32,000 nucleotides of DNA from Propionibacterium ruminifibrarum (lineage in GTDB: Bacteria; Actinomycetota; Actinomycetes; Propionibacteriales; Propionibacteriaceae), in assembly GCF_900289195.1 (NCBI RefSeq), contig NZ_OMOH01000001.1, positions 116,705 through 148,704 of the forward strand. Direction: 5' to 3'. Below the pieces are notes generated by a model, which did no database searches, had not been told where the DNA came from, and saw nothing but the letters and a program-made list of their open reading frames with translations. Position 1 is the stretch's first letter. Each line of letters opens with the position of its first letter. The translations under genes were made by a program, and so were the position numbers. Below are positions 1-12,887 of the stretch, piece by piece.

Positions 1-62
1 GTTCCTGGCACTGCTGCGCAAGCGATGAGCGGACCCCTTGGGCATAGACTTGCACCGTGACC

Positions 63-722
63 ATGCGCATCACGCCCAGCGTGCTCAACGCCGACCTGTC
101 CGACCTCGCCGGCACCCTCGAGAAGATCCCCAGCAGCGACGCCGTGCACGTCGACATCATGGACAACCACTTCGTGCCGAACATGACCTTCGGCCTGCCG
201 GTCGTCGAGGCCCTGCGCCGGCGCACCACGCTGCCCATGGACATTCACCTCATGGTCGACAACCCCGACAGCTACGCGCCGCAGTTCGCCGAGATCGGCT
301 GCGAGTCCGTCACCTTTCACGTCGAGGCCTCCGGCGCGCCGATCCGGCTGGCCCGCGAGCTGCGCCGGCTCGGCGCCCGCGCCTCCATGGCCCTCAAACC
401 GGCCACCCCGATCGAGCCCTACGCCGACATGCTCGGCGAACTCGACCAGGTGCTGCTCATGACCGTCGAACCGGGCTTCGGCGGCCAGAAGTTCCTCGAC
501 CTCGTGCTGCCCAAGATCAGGCGCACCCGCCGGCTCGTCGCCGCCACCGGCCAGGACATCTGGATCCAGGTGGACGGCGGGGTCAGCGTCGAGACGATCA
601 GCCGCTGCGCCGAGGCCGGCGCCGACGTCTTCGTCGCCGGCACCGCCGTCTTCCGCGCCGACGACCCCGACCAGATGGTGCGCCAGCTGCGCGAGCAGGC
701 CACCGCTGCCTGCTCCCACTGA
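63..722 (+). CDS. rpe: ribulose-phosphate 3-epimerase
   Basis: Track ORF 57..722. The ATG at 63 gives [12 protein letters not shown]..., a typical Rpe N-terminus. Family motifs present: [33 protein letters not shown] at 57 is an alternative start. Confidence 0.95.
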   Translation: MRITPSVLNADLSDLAGTLEKIPSSDAVHVDIMDNHFVPNMTFGLPVVEALRRRTTLPMDIHLMVDNPDSYAPQFAEIGCESVTFHVEASGAPIRLARELRRLGARASMALKPATPIEPYADMLGELDQVLLMTVEPGFGGQKFLDLVLPKIRRTRRLVAATGQDIWIQVDGGVSVETISRCAEAGADVFVAGTAVFRADDPDQMVRQLREQATAACSH

Positions 723-797
723 ATCCCGGCGTCCCGGCTGCGGCTACCACCAACGGGGTTGCGAACCGTTCTCAACCCGCCGGGATATCCTGGTGCG

Positions 798-2129
798 GTG
801 AGCACACCGAAAACAGCCATCGATCCCGACACCATCGCGGCGCTGACCGGGCGGTTCGCCGCCGACCCGGCGGCCCGCGTGGCCCAGAACGCCGTCGCCA
901 CCACCGACATCGACACGATCAGCCTCGACCGGTCGGTCGTCGCCTCGATCGACCCCAGCGTCTCGAACCGGGTGGACACCTGGCACGCCGCCAACCAGAA
1001 GAAGTCCGGCCGCTGCTGGCTGTTCAGCGGCCTCAACCTGCTGCGCAGCGGCGTCATCGACCGGCTCAACCTCGAACCGGACTTCGAGTTCAGCCAGGCG
1101 TACCTGCACTTCTGGGACAAGCTCGAGAAGGCCAACTGGTTCTGCACCTCGATGATCGAACTGGCCGGCCGCGATCTCGACGACCGCACCGTCCACCAGC
1201 TGCTCGCCGACCCGATCGGCGACGGCGGCCAGTGGGACATGTTCGTCTCCCTCGTCACCAAGTACGGCGTCGTCCCCAAGTACGCGATGCCCGAGACCTT
1301 CTCCAGCTCGAACACTCGCTCGATGAATGCCCAACTCGAGATGATCCTGCGCCGAGGCGCCCTCGTCATCCGCGAGGCCGTCGCCCGGGGCAGCGGCGAG
1401 CAGGCCCGCCTGGAGATCCTCGAGCAGGTCCACCGCGTGCTGTGCATCCACCTGGGCACCCCGCCGACCCGCTTCATCTGGCAGTACCGCGACAAGGACA
1501 AGAACTTCGTGCGCGGCGGCGAACTCACCCCGACCCGGTTCGCCGCCCAGGTGCTCGCCGTTGACGTCAACGACTACGTCTGCCTGGTCAACGACCCGCG
1601 CCCGAGCAGCGGCTACAACCGCATGCTCACCGTCGACCACCTCGGGAACGTCGTCGGCGGGCGCCCGGTGCGCTACCTCAACGTCGAGATCGACGTCATC
1701 AAGCGGCTCGCCGCCGAGATCATCCGCGACGGCCAGCCGGTCTGGTTCGGCTGCGACACGGTCCCGCAGTCCGACCGCGAGCGGGGCATCTGGGACGCCC
1801 GGCTGCACGACTACGAGGCCGTCTACGGCATCGACATGTCGACAACGAAGGCCGAACGCATGGTGAGCGGCCAGTCCGCCATGACGCACGCCATGGTGCT
1901 CACCGGCGTCGACCTGCTCGACGGTGTCCCGCGCCGCTGGCGCGTCGAGAACTCGTGGGGCGACGAGGCGGCCGACAAGGGCTTCTGGACGATGAATGAC
2001 TCCTGGTTCGCCGAGTACGTCTACGAGGTCGCCGTGCCCCGCCGGCTGCTGCCGGCCGAGCTGGCGGCCGTCCTCGACACCGAGCCGGTCGTCCTGCCGC
2101 TGTGGGACCCGATGGGCGCCCTGGCCTGA
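798..2129 (+). CDS. pepC: aminopeptidase C / bleomycin-hydrolase-like cysteine peptidase (C1 family)
   Basis: Track ORF 759..2129. Catalytic Cys motif NQKKSGRCWLFSG, then His (MTHAMVLTGVD) and ENSWG near the C-terminus. The in-frame GTG at 798 gives an N-terminal length close to lactococcal PepC as I recall it. TTG at 759 is the alternative start. Confidence 0.9.
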   Translation: MSTPKTAIDPDTIAALTGRFAADPAARVAQNAVATTDIDTISLDRSVVASIDPSVSNRVDTWHAANQKKSGRCWLFSGLNLLRSGVIDRLNLEPDFEFSQAYLHFWDKLEKANWFCTSMIELAGRDLDDRTVHQLLADPIGDGGQWDMFVSLVTKYGVVPKYAMPETFSSSNTRSMNAQLEMILRRGALVIREAVARGSGEQARLEILEQVHRVLCIHLGTPPTRFIWQYRDKDKNFVRGGELTPTRFAAQVLAVDVNDYVCLVNDPRPSSGYNRMLTVDHLGNVVGGRPVRYLNVEIDVIKRLAAEIIRDGQPVWFGCDTVPQSDRERGIWDARLHDYEAVYGIDMSTTKAERMVSGQSAMTHAMVLTGVDLLDGVPRRWRVENSWGDEAADKGFWTMNDSWFAEYVYEVAVPRRLLPAELAAVLDTEPVVLPLWDPMGALA

Positions 2130-2140
2130 CCGGGGCCCTC

Positions 2141-2186
2141 GATGACGCCGGGACCCGGAGCGCGCGCCCCGGGCTCAGGCGTCATC
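2141..2186. terminator. imperfect GC-rich hairpin between convergent pepC and PAC2 genes
   Basis: gatgacgcc (2141-2149) pairs with ggcgtcatc (2178-2186), and the interior is partly self-complementary. No clear U-tract on either strand. Confidence 0.3.
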
Positions 2187-2348
2187 GAACCCGGCAGCCT
2201 CACGGACACGGGCCACGGTGGTCAGTTGGTGCGATCCGCCCCCGGTCCCGGGCGCCGCGGGGTTCCAGCCGGACGGCGGGCGCTGCTCCGTGTTCGCCCG
2301 TCGCCTTGTCGATGGTTCCGGGTGGTCCGGACCGGGCAGGACGGCCCC

Positions 2349-3176
2349 TCACAGGTTGCGCCGGCGCAGGTAGCGCTGGAACTCGGCCGCCAGGGTGTCG
2401 CCCGTCGTGTCGGGCAGCTCCTCGGCGTCCTGCTGCTCCTCGAGGTCACTGATGTACTCGGCGACGTCCGGGTCATTGCTGGCCAGCTCGTTCACCCCGC
2501 GCTCCCAGGCCTGCGCCAGCTCGGGGATCTCGCCCGGGTCGAGCGCCTCGTCGACCAGGTCCTCGACCCGGGTCAGCAGGCTCAGCGTGGCCTTCGGGCT
2601 CGGGGGAGTGGCGACGTAGTGCGGCACCGAGGCCCACAGTGTCACGCAGGTCAGGCCCACCCGATCGCAGGCGTCCGCCAGCACGCCGACGATGCCGACC
2701 GGACCCTCGTAGTCGCTCGGGGCGATGCCGAGTTCTGTCGTCAGACCACCATGACTGGACGACGCGTTGACCGGCAGCGGACGCGAGTGCGGCGAGTCGG
2801 TGAGCATCGCCCCCAGGACGATGACGATCTCCGGCTCGGCCGAGCGGATCGCCGACACCAGCGAGGTGCAGTACGACCGCCAGTGCATGTTCGGTTCGGG
2901 GCCCGAGATGAGCAGGGCGTCGCGGTGCGGAAGGTGACACAGCGAGACCTCGGTGGCCGGCCAGCTGATCTGCGGCTCGTTGTCGATGAGTTCGACCCGC
3001 GGGCGGGTGGCCTGGAAGTCGTAGTACTCCTCGGAGTCGAGGCGGTACTGCAGCTCGGTGGGGTAGGTGCTCGCCAGATGCCTGATCACGCCAGTGGCGG
3101 CGTCCGCGGCGTCGTTCCAGCCCTCGAAGGCGGCGATCACGACGGACGGCATGCGCGACTCAACTGACTCGGCCAT
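2349..3176 (-). CDS. PAC2 (proteasome assembly chaperone 2-like) family protein
   Basis: N-terminus MPSVVIAAFEGWNDAADAATG matches the conserved AFEGWNDAG start of actinobacterial PAC2 proteins (Rv2125-like). It is divergent from metH, as in mycobacteria. The second ATG (MPSVV...) is an alternative start. Confidence 0.8.
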   Translation of the reverse strand: MAESVESRMPSVVIAAFEGWNDAADAATGVIRHLASTYPTELQYRLDSEEYYDFQATRPRVELIDNEPQISWPATEVSLCHLPHRDALLISGPEPNMHWRSYCTSLVSAIRSAEPEIVIVLGAMLTDSPHSRPLPVNASSSHGGLTTELGIAPSDYEGPVGIVGVLADACDRVGLTCVTLWASVPHYVATPPSPKATLSLLTRVEDLVDEALDPGEIPELAQAWERGVNELASNDPDVAEYISDLEEQQDAEELPDTTGDTLAAEFQRYLRRRNL

Positions 3177-3326
3177 GCCTCAAGGGTAATGACCGGCTCC
3201 AACGCGGCGCCGGCTCCGCGCAGTATTGACGCCCGGCGGCGACCGGGGCTGATGGCGCGACCGGGAGCCGTTCGCCAGATGTGCGCCGGGCGAGAACAGC
3301 CGCCCGGCCCGCATACGCTTGGGCGG

Positions 3327-6809
<3,483 letters not shown>

Positions 6810-6824
6810 GCGGGGTGCTGGATC

Positions 6825-6842
6825 CGGCGGGCCGGCCCGCCG
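6825..6842. terminator. short GC hairpin between convergent metH and sppA-like genes
   Basis: cggcggg cc gg cccgccg forms a 7-bp GC stem with a 4-nt loop, 16 nt after the metH stop. No U-tract. Confidence 0.35.
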
Positions 6843-6854
6843 CCGCGGTCGTAC

Positions 6855-8105
6855 TCAGCCCCCGCAGGCCTGGATGGGGTTGGCCGACCACGCGAAGACG
6901 GTGGTCGCCGACGTGCACAGCTCGCTGGTGGCCGTCCCCGAGGTCATCGGCCGGCCGTGCGCGAAGACCCGCGAGGCATCGGCGCCGAAGAGACGCGACA
7001 GGGTGCCGGGCGTCGTGTCGGTGATGATCCTCGTGTCGCCGGGGTCGGCCCCGGCGTCGGTGGCCGCCTGGCGGAAGGCCTCCTCCCGGCCCAGCACGGC
7101 GTCGGCCAGGTGCTTGTCGACGGCGGTCTGGGCGTCGAACAGGTAGGCGCCCAGCTCGTCGCGGATCACGTCGGTGCTGATGCCGCGGTTGTCGGCGACC
7201 CACTGGACGAAGACGTCGTACTCGCGGGCGATGCCGTCGGTGTAGGTGGCACGTTCCTCCTCGGTCATGTCACGGTACGGGTTGCCCAAGTCCTTGCCGG
7301 TGCCCTGCGTCAGGTAGAACTGCTCGATCGACTCCGCCGAGACACCGCCCGAGAGGATTCCGTTGTCGATCTGGGTGACGCCGCTGTAGTGGGCGAACGG
7401 GCCCATGATGACGCCGATCGAACCGATGAGGGTGCCCTGATCCGCGTAGATGTGGTCGGCGCCGGCCATCGCGTACATGCCGCCCGAGGCCGACAGGCCC
7501 GTGACATAGGCGATCACGGGGTGCCTGGTGCGTTCCCGGTAGCGTTCGGCGGCCATGGCGATGGCGCGGGAGCCGGGAATCGTACCGCCCGTGGTGTTCA
7601 TGAGCAGGAGCAGCCCGTCGGCGTCATCGGCCTCGAGGCCGTCGATGATGTCGGCCACGTCGTAGCCGTAGGTGGTGCTCGTGTACAGCGAGCTGGTGGA
7701 CTCCCCGCTCGTCGCGATCGTGCCGGTCACCTCGATGGCCCGCAGCGTGTGGGAGGCGCCGGGCTCACCCCAGATCGTCTTCGTCGTCGACGTGTCGGCA
7801 CTCGTATTGGCGCTGCTCGGGCGGGCGATGGCGAGCATCGCGACCAATCCGAGGATGTTCAGCAGGCTCAGCGCGCACACGACGGCGCCGATACCGAGGG
7901 CGGCGCCGGCGCCGGCGCCGAAGCCGCGCTTGAAGCTCGACGGCCTCGGCCCGCCGGCGACCAGCAGCGGCCCGGGCGGGGGAGGGGCCGGGTTCGGTTC
8001 GGCGCCGGCCGGTGCGGGCCGGGCGCCGTCCGGGGCCTGACGGGGAGTGGTCCTGGTGTTGTCCGATTCGGGTGCGGGGCCGGTGTCGTCGGATGCGCTC
8101 ACCAT
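6855..8105 (-). CDS. sppA: S49-family signal peptide peptidase (SppA-like), membrane anchored
   Basis: Track ORF 6855..8327. ClpP/S49 core: NTTGGTIPGS...VIAYVTGLSASGGMYAMAGADHIYADQGTLIGSIGV. A Pro-rich N-terminus is followed by a TM helix (ALGIGAVVCALSLLNILGLVAMLAI). The ATG at 8105 is preceded by AAGGAG, so the upstream 74 codons of the track ORF are rejected. Confidence 0.8.
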   Translation of the reverse strand: MVSASDDTGPAPESDNTRTTPRQAPDGARPAPAGAEPNPAPPPPGPLLVAGGPRPSSFKRGFGAGAGAALGIGAVVCALSLLNILGLVAMLAIARPSSANTSADTSTTKTIWGEPGASHTLRAIEVTGTIATSGESTSSLYTSTTYGYDVADIIDGLEADDADGLLLLMNTTGGTIPGSRAIAMAAERYRERTRHPVIAYVTGLSASGGMYAMAGADHIYADQGTLIGSIGVIMGPFAHYSGVTQIDNGILSGGVSAESIEQFYLTQGTGKDLGNPYRDMTEEERATYTDGIAREYDVFVQWVADNRGISTDVIRDELGAYLFDAQTAVDKHLADAVLGREEAFRQAATDAGADPGDTRIITDTTPGTLSRLFGADASRVFAHGRPMTSGTATSELCTSATTVFAWSANPIQACGG

Positions 8106-8241
8106 GACTCCTTCGTCTCGCGGGCTCGATGAAAGCAGGTTAACCGCCACGGCCCGGTGCACGCCATCTCCGCCGGACGCTGCTGGGCCTTCCGGCGGGA
8201 CGACTTGGGCCCGCTGGGGAGGGGCTGAGAGAATCGACGCC

Positions 8242-8985
8242 GTGACTTCCTCACTCAACACGCCGGACGCCGGCGGGCTCGCTCTCGAAGCGGTGCTGTG
8301 GGACTTCGACGGCACCCTGGTGGACACCGAGCCGATGTGGTTCGCCGCGGAGATCGAGTACGTGACCAGCCGGGGAGCCCCATGGCTCCCCGAGGAGTCC
8401 CGAAGCTATGCCGGCGCGGCGTGGACGACATCGGGGCAGGCCATGCGCGACCGGCTCGTCGAGTACGGCGCAGACCCGTCGCTGACCGCCTGGGACGTCT
8501 ACGACGGTGTCACCGACGTCGTCGTGGAGCGCCTGCTCGCCGAGGGGGCGCCCATGCCCGGCGTGCTGGAACTGCTGGAACTCACCTGCGCGGCCGGTGT
8601 CCCGAACGCCATCGTCTCGGCGAGCCAGGCCAGGCTCATCGAGGCGGGACTGAGAGTGATCGGCGCCACCGACATGTTCGCCGCCGTCGTCGCGGGCCCC
8701 ATGGTCTCCCACGGCAAACCGGCCCCGGACGGCTACCTGCTCGCCACCCGCCTGCTCGACGTCCGGCCCCACCGCTGCGTCGTCCTGGAGGACTCGCCGA
8801 CCGGGTGCGAGTCCGGCCAGCGCGCCGGCGCCCAGGTGATCGGCGTGCCCTCGGTGGTGCCCCTGCCCGCCACCCGTGGCCAGCTGCGCCGCACCTCGCT
8901 GGTGGGCCTGACCGTCGACGAACTCGACGGCGCCGTCCGGGCCCACCTGGACGAGCCCGTCCCCGACGACGTCAACGCCGTCTGA
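8242..8985 (+). CDS. HAD-IA family hydrolase (phosphatase / beta-phosphoglucomutase-like)
   Basis: Track ORF 8047..8985. HAD motif I LWDFDGTLVDTEP, motif II SAS, motif III GKPAPD, motif IV LEDSPTG. The GTG at 8242 lies just before motif I. An earlier start would overlap the divergent sppA gene. Confidence 0.8.
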   Translation: MTSSLNTPDAGGLALEAVLWDFDGTLVDTEPMWFAAEIEYVTSRGAPWLPEESRSYAGAAWTTSGQAMRDRLVEYGADPSLTAWDVYDGVTDVVVERLLAEGAPMPGVLELLELTCAAGVPNAIVSASQARLIEAGLRVIGATDMFAAVVAGPMVSHGKPAPDGYLLATRLLDVRPHRCVVLEDSPTGCESGQRAGAQVIGVPSVVPLPATRGQLRRTSLVGLTVDELDGAVRAHLDEPVPDDVNAV

Positions 8986-9089
8986 ACCGGGGGACGCGCC
9001 ACCTGCCGCAGTGGACCGGCACGGCGGAGCAACTAGTCTTGGCAACCGGTCCCGCCCGGTGCGGGGCAGCCTGATCACGAGAGGCGCAC

Positions 9090-10085
9090 ATGAGCATCGA
9101 TCCAGCCGACCTGTCCGGCGTCCGGCGGGGAACACTCCAAGCCGGTGAGCGGGTGACGCTCGCCGACATGAAGGGGCACCGCCACACGCTGCTGCTCGCC
9201 GAGGGGGCCGTCTTCCACACGACGAAGGGCGCCCTCGCCCACGACGACATCATCGGCCGTCCGGAGGGCATCGTCGTGAGCACCGTCGGCGGTCTGGAGT
9301 TCACCGTCTTCCGCCCCCTGCTGCACGAGTACACGGTGTCGATGCCACGCGAGGCCGCCGTCATCTACCCGAAGGACGCGGCCCAGATCGTGCTGTGGAC
9401 CGACGTCTTCCCCGGCGCCCGTGTCCTGGAGTCCGGTGTCGGGTCGGGCGCCCTGAGCCTGTACCTGCTGCGCGCCATCGGGCCCACCGGCACGCTGCAC
9501 TCCTACGAACGCCGCGAGACGTTCGCCCGGGTCGCCCGCGGGAACGTCGAGGAATTCCTCGGCGCCCCGCACCCGGGCTGGACGATCACCGTCGGCGACC
9601 TGGCCGAGACGATCACCGATGAACCCGTCGACCGGGCCATCCTCGACATGCTGCGGCCCTGGGACTGCATCGACGCGGTCTCCGAGCGTCTCGTCCCCGG
9701 CGGCCTGCTGTGCTGCTATGTCACCACGACCACCCAGATGGGCCGCGTCGCCGACCAGCTGCGCCACCACGGCGGCTTCATCGAGCCGGCGATCACGGAG
9801 ACCACCGTGCGGGAATGGCACGCCGAGGGCCTGGCGATCCGTCCGGGCCACGGCACGAGCGCCCACACCGGTTTCCTCGTCATCAGCCGCCGCATGGCGC
9901 CCGGTGTCCTGGCGCCGGTGAAGAAGCGCCGCCCGGCGCCGGGAGCCTACGGGCCCGACTACGACGGGCCCATCCCGCGCAATGTCGCGGCCGAGCACCT
10001 CGAGGCCAACCGCAGCCGCGCCACCGACGACTCCGAGCTGATCCCACCGGCCATCCGCAAGGCGCTGCGCCGCCGCGGCCACTGA
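9090..10085 (+). CDS. trmI: tRNA (adenine58-N1)-methyltransferase
   Basis: GCD14/TrmI-like (Rv2118c-like): FHTTKGALAHDDIIG, MPREAAVIYPKDAAQI, and the SAM motif VLESGVGSGALS. GAGAGG lies upstream of the ATG. About 50 extra C-terminal residues relative to my recollection of Rv2118c. Confidence 0.85.
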   Translation: MSIDPADLSGVRRGTLQAGERVTLADMKGHRHTLLLAEGAVFHTTKGALAHDDIIGRPEGIVVSTVGGLEFTVFRPLLHEYTVSMPREAAVIYPKDAAQIVLWTDVFPGARVLESGVGSGALSLYLLRAIGPTGTLHSYERRETFARVARGNVEEFLGAPHPGWTITVGDLAETITDEPVDRAILDMLRPWDCIDAVSERLVPGGLLCCYVTTTTQMGRVADQLRHHGGFIEPAITETTVREWHAEGLAIRPGHGTSAHTGFLVISRRMAPGVLAPVKKRRPAPGAYGPDYDGPIPRNVAAEHLEANRSRATDDSELIPPAIRKALRRRGH

Positions 10086-10116
10086 CCCACCCCGATAGCC
10101 CGATAGGCTGAGAACG

Positions 10117-10941
10117 ATGATCGACCACGCCAGTCCCCACGATCCGGGACAGTTCTGGACCCGGGCCAACGAATCCTTCGCCGACCTCGTCGCCCGGACC
10201 AGCCCAGGCACCCTTCCGCACCCGGGCCAGGGCGAGCAGCTCGCCGCCCACGGCACGACCGTGCTCGCCGTCGTCCACGCCGACGGCGTGCTCATGGCGG
10301 GTGACCGCCGCGCGACCCAGGGCAACCAGATCTCCCAGCGAGACATCCGCAAGGTCTTCGCCGCCGATGAGAGCACACTGATCGGCATCGCCGGCTCGGC
10401 CGGTTTCGCCGTCGACCTGGCCAAGCTGTTCGGCGTGGAACTGGCCCACTACGAGAAGATCGAGGGCACCCCGCTCAGCTTCAGCGGCAAGGCCAACCGG
10501 CTCGGCGGCCTGATCCGCGACCACCTGGGCCTGGCCATGCAGGGCTTCGTCGTCGTCCCGCTGCTCGCCGGCTGGGACCCGCGGACCGGCAGCGGACGGA
10601 TCATGGGCTACGACGCCACCGGCGGCCACTACGAGGAGGAGTCCTTCGCCTGCATCGGGTCCGGCGCCGCCTTCGCCCGCGGCTCCCTGAAGAAGCTCTA
10701 CCGCCCCGGCCTGGGCGCCGAACGGGCCGCCATGATCGCCCTGCAGGCCCTCTTCGACGCCGCCGACGACGACTCGGCCACCGGGGGACCCGACATCGTG
10801 CGCGCCATCTACCCGACCATCGCCTCCGTCGGACCGGACGGGCTCGACGAGTGGACGCCGGACCGGGTCGGCTCCCTCGTCGAGGCCATGATCGAGCAGC
10901 GCAGGACCGGCCCGGACGGAGCGGGGGAGGAACCGCGATGA
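10117..10941 (+). CDS. prcB: 20S proteasome beta subunit, with propeptide
   Basis: Close to mycobacterial PrcB. The propeptide ends ...AAHG and the mature N-terminus is TTVLAV (Thr1). AGDRRAT and RKV (Asp17/Lys33 equivalents) and DAADDDSATGGPD are present. Its stop overlaps the prcA ATG (ATGA at 10938-10941). Confidence 0.95.
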   Translation: MIDHASPHDPGQFWTRANESFADLVARTSPGTLPHPGQGEQLAAHGTTVLAVVHADGVLMAGDRRATQGNQISQRDIRKVFAADESTLIGIAGSAGFAVDLAKLFGVELAHYEKIEGTPLSFSGKANRLGGLIRDHLGLAMQGFVVVPLLAGWDPRTGSGRIMGYDATGGHYEEESFACIGSGAAFARGSLKKLYRPGLGAERAAMIALQALFDAADDDSATGGPDIVRAIYPTIASVGPDGLDEWTPDRVGSLVEAMIEQRRTGPDGAGEEPR

Positions 10942-11630
10942 GCATGCCGTTCTACGTCTCACCCGACCAGATGATGAAGGACCGGGCCGACTTCGCGCGC
11001 AAGGGCATCGCCCGCGGCCGATCGGTCATCGCCCTGCGGTGCGCCGACGGCATCGTCCTGGTCGCCGAGAACTCCTCGGGCAGCCTCCACAAGATCTCCG
11101 AGATCTACGACCGGATCGGTTTCGCGGCCGTCGGCCGGTACAACGAGTTCGAGGCGCTGCGGGTGCAGGGCATCCGCTACGCCGACCTGCGCGGCTACGC
11201 CTACGACCGGGCCGACGTGAGCGCGCGCGGCCTGGCGAACTCCTACGCCCAGCTCCTCGGCACATCCTTCAGCTCCGGCACCGACAAGCCCTTCGAGGTG
11301 CAGCTGTGCGTCGCCGAACTGGGGGCCGAACCCGAACTGGACCGCCTGTTCGTCATCAACTTCGACGGCTCGGTCACCCAGGCCGACGACTTCACCGTCA
11401 TAGGCGGTCGCGCCGAACCCATCGTCGAGGCCCTGCAGAACGGCTACGACGTGAACGGCTCCCTCGCCGAGACGCTGCGGGCCGCCGTCGCGGCGCTGCG
11501 CACCGGCGGGGACGTGAGCCTCGGGGAGCTCGAGGTCGCCCTGCTCGACCGGTCCCGCCTGGACCGCCGCCGCACCTTCGTGCGCCTGGACGGCCCCCGC
11601 ATCACCGAACTCGTGGGGGACGAGGGCTGA
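10938..11630 (+). CDS. prcA: 20S proteasome alpha subunit
   Basis: MSMPFYVSPDQMMKDRADFARKGIARGRSV matches the PrcA N-terminus. GGGGAGG Shine-Dalgarno upstream. Track ORF 10851..11630 trimmed to the ATG at 10938. Confidence 0.95.
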   Translation: MSMPFYVSPDQMMKDRADFARKGIARGRSVIALRCADGIVLVAENSSGSLHKISEIYDRIGFAAVGRYNEFEALRVQGIRYADLRGYAYDRADVSARGLANSYAQLLGTSFSSGTDKPFEVQLCVAELGAEPELDRLFVINFDGSVTQADDFTVIGGRAEPIVEALQNGYDVNGSLAETLRAAVAALRTGGDVSLGELEVALLDRSRLDRRRTFVRLDGPRITELVGDEG

Positions 11631-12712
11631 TGGCGCCGAAACATCCCGACGCCGACGCACTGAGCCCCACCGTCATCATCGGCACCGGCCTCATCGGCGC
11701 CTCGATCGGCTGCGCGCTCACCGAGGCGGGCGTGGACGTGAGGCTGCGCGACCGCTACCGCTCCCACGCCGTCGTCGCCGCCGGTGTCGGCGCCGGGTCC
11801 GTGGAGGCGCCCATGGCCGCCAAGGTGCGGCTCGTCGTCGTGGCCGTCCCGCCTGCCGTCGTCGCCCCCACGGTCGCGCAGGCCATCAAGCACTACCGCA
11901 ACGCGACCGTCACCGACGTGGCGAGCGTCAAACAGCCGATCCTGGCCGACCTGGAGGCCATGGGCACCGACCTGCGACGCTACGTCGGCTCGCACCCGAT
12001 GGCCGGCTCCGAGCTGTCCGGCCCGCTCACCGCCCGCCCCCGCCTGTTCGTCGACCGCACCTGGGTGCTCGCCGAGGGCACCGGCTCCGCGGAGGCGGTC
12101 CAGACGGTCGAGAAACTCATCGGCATCTGCGGCGCCCGCCTCGTACGATGCGCCCCGGCCGACCACGACCGCGCCGTGGCCGAGACCAGCCACGTGCCGC
12201 AGATCATGAGTTCGCTCACCGCGGCCCGCCTCGCCGACGTGCCCTCCGAGGACCTTCGCCTGGCCGGGCAGGGCGTGCGCGACGTCACCCGCATCGCCAA
12301 CTCCGACCCCGCCCTGTGGCGTCAGATCATCACCGGCAACCGCGCCGAGATCGCCACCCAGCTCAAGGCGATCCGTGACGACCTCGACCGGCTCATCGCC
12401 GGCCTGGACGACATCAGGACCATCGGTGACCTCATTGCCCGCGGGCGGGTCGGCGTCGCCGCGCTGCCCGGCAAGCACGGACGCCCGGCCAGTACGACCC
12501 TCGATCACGTCACCGTCGAGATCCCCGACACGCCGGGTGCGCTGGCCAGGCTCTTCGTCGACATCATGGGTCAGGGCGTCAACGTCGAGGACCTGTCGAT
12601 CGAGCACGGCTACGACCGCGAGGTCGGCTACCTGTCGATCACCGTCGAGGCCGAGCAGGCGCAGGACCTGCGGGAGGCGATGGGCGAGAAGGGCTGGACG
12701 CTGCGGTCCTGA
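11630..12712 (+). CDS. tyrA: prephenate dehydrogenase with C-terminal ACT domain
   Basis: In frame with track ORF 11039..12712. The ATG at 11630 overlaps the prcA stop (TGATG). Rossmann motif IIGTGLIGASIG, then GSHPMAG and HDRAVAETSHVPQ. ACT-like tail VTVEIPDTPGALARLF. Confidence 0.9.
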   Translation: MAPKHPDADALSPTVIIGTGLIGASIGCALTEAGVDVRLRDRYRSHAVVAAGVGAGSVEAPMAAKVRLVVVAVPPAVVAPTVAQAIKHYRNATVTDVASVKQPILADLEAMGTDLRRYVGSHPMAGSELSGPLTARPRLFVDRTWVLAEGTGSAEAVQTVEKLIGICGARLVRCAPADHDRAVAETSHVPQIMSSLTAARLADVPSEDLRLAGQGVRDVTRIANSDPALWRQIITGNRAEIATQLKAIRDDLDRLIAGLDDIRTIGDLIARGRVGVAALPGKHGRPASTTLDHVTVEIPDTPGALARLFVDIMGQGVNVEDLSIEHGYDREVGYLSITVEAEQAQDLREAMGEKGWTLRS

Positions 12713-12887
12713 GTCTCCTGGCCGCCGGGCCGGACCGCCCGTGTCGTGGGGTGAGGCGGATGTCGCCCAGGCGATTTGTCGACTCCTCAGCCGGCCGATG
12801 TGCGCCCGGCGCCGCATGGCCCTAACCTGGGTGCGGCCGACGACCCGACCTGGCGCGGCCGCAGCACGAGCGAGGAGCACGCATCCC

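Noticed and set aside
1-28. Possible 3' end of an upstream gene (FLALLRKR*, stop at 26-28), perhaps an RsmB/Sun-type RNA methyltransferase given the fmt-rsmB-rpe synteny
   Set aside because: Only 8 codons are visible. The resemblance to the ...DGFF.ALL.K C-terminus of RsmB and the synteny argument are too thin to report as a feature.
3177-3326. Possible riboswitch or attenuator in the PAC2/metH divergent region (8-bp hairpin gccgggcg agaacagc cgcccggc; cggctcc / ggagccg pairing)
   Set aside because: I could not match the conserved cores of the SAM-I, SAM-IV, SAH or cobalamin riboswitches as I remember them. The metH start codon is itself uncertain (3189, 3252 or 3327), so part of this region may be coding. 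An Rfam/Infernal scan would be the decisive test.
8106-8327. Upstream 74 codons of the sppA-like track ORF, and the upstream 65 codons of the HAD track ORF (8047..8241), which would overlap each other
   Set aside because: The AAGGAG-ATG at 8105 and the GTG at 8242 just before HAD motif I give non-overlapping divergent genes. The extensions are featureless.
10086-10116. Search for a pup gene or other small ORF between trmI and prcB; also a tandem CCGATAG CCGATAG repeat
   Set aside because: Thirty-one nt cannot encode Pup, and no alternative-frame ORF ending in GGQ or GGE overlaps the trmI 3' end. The 7-nt tandem repeat is too short to interpret.
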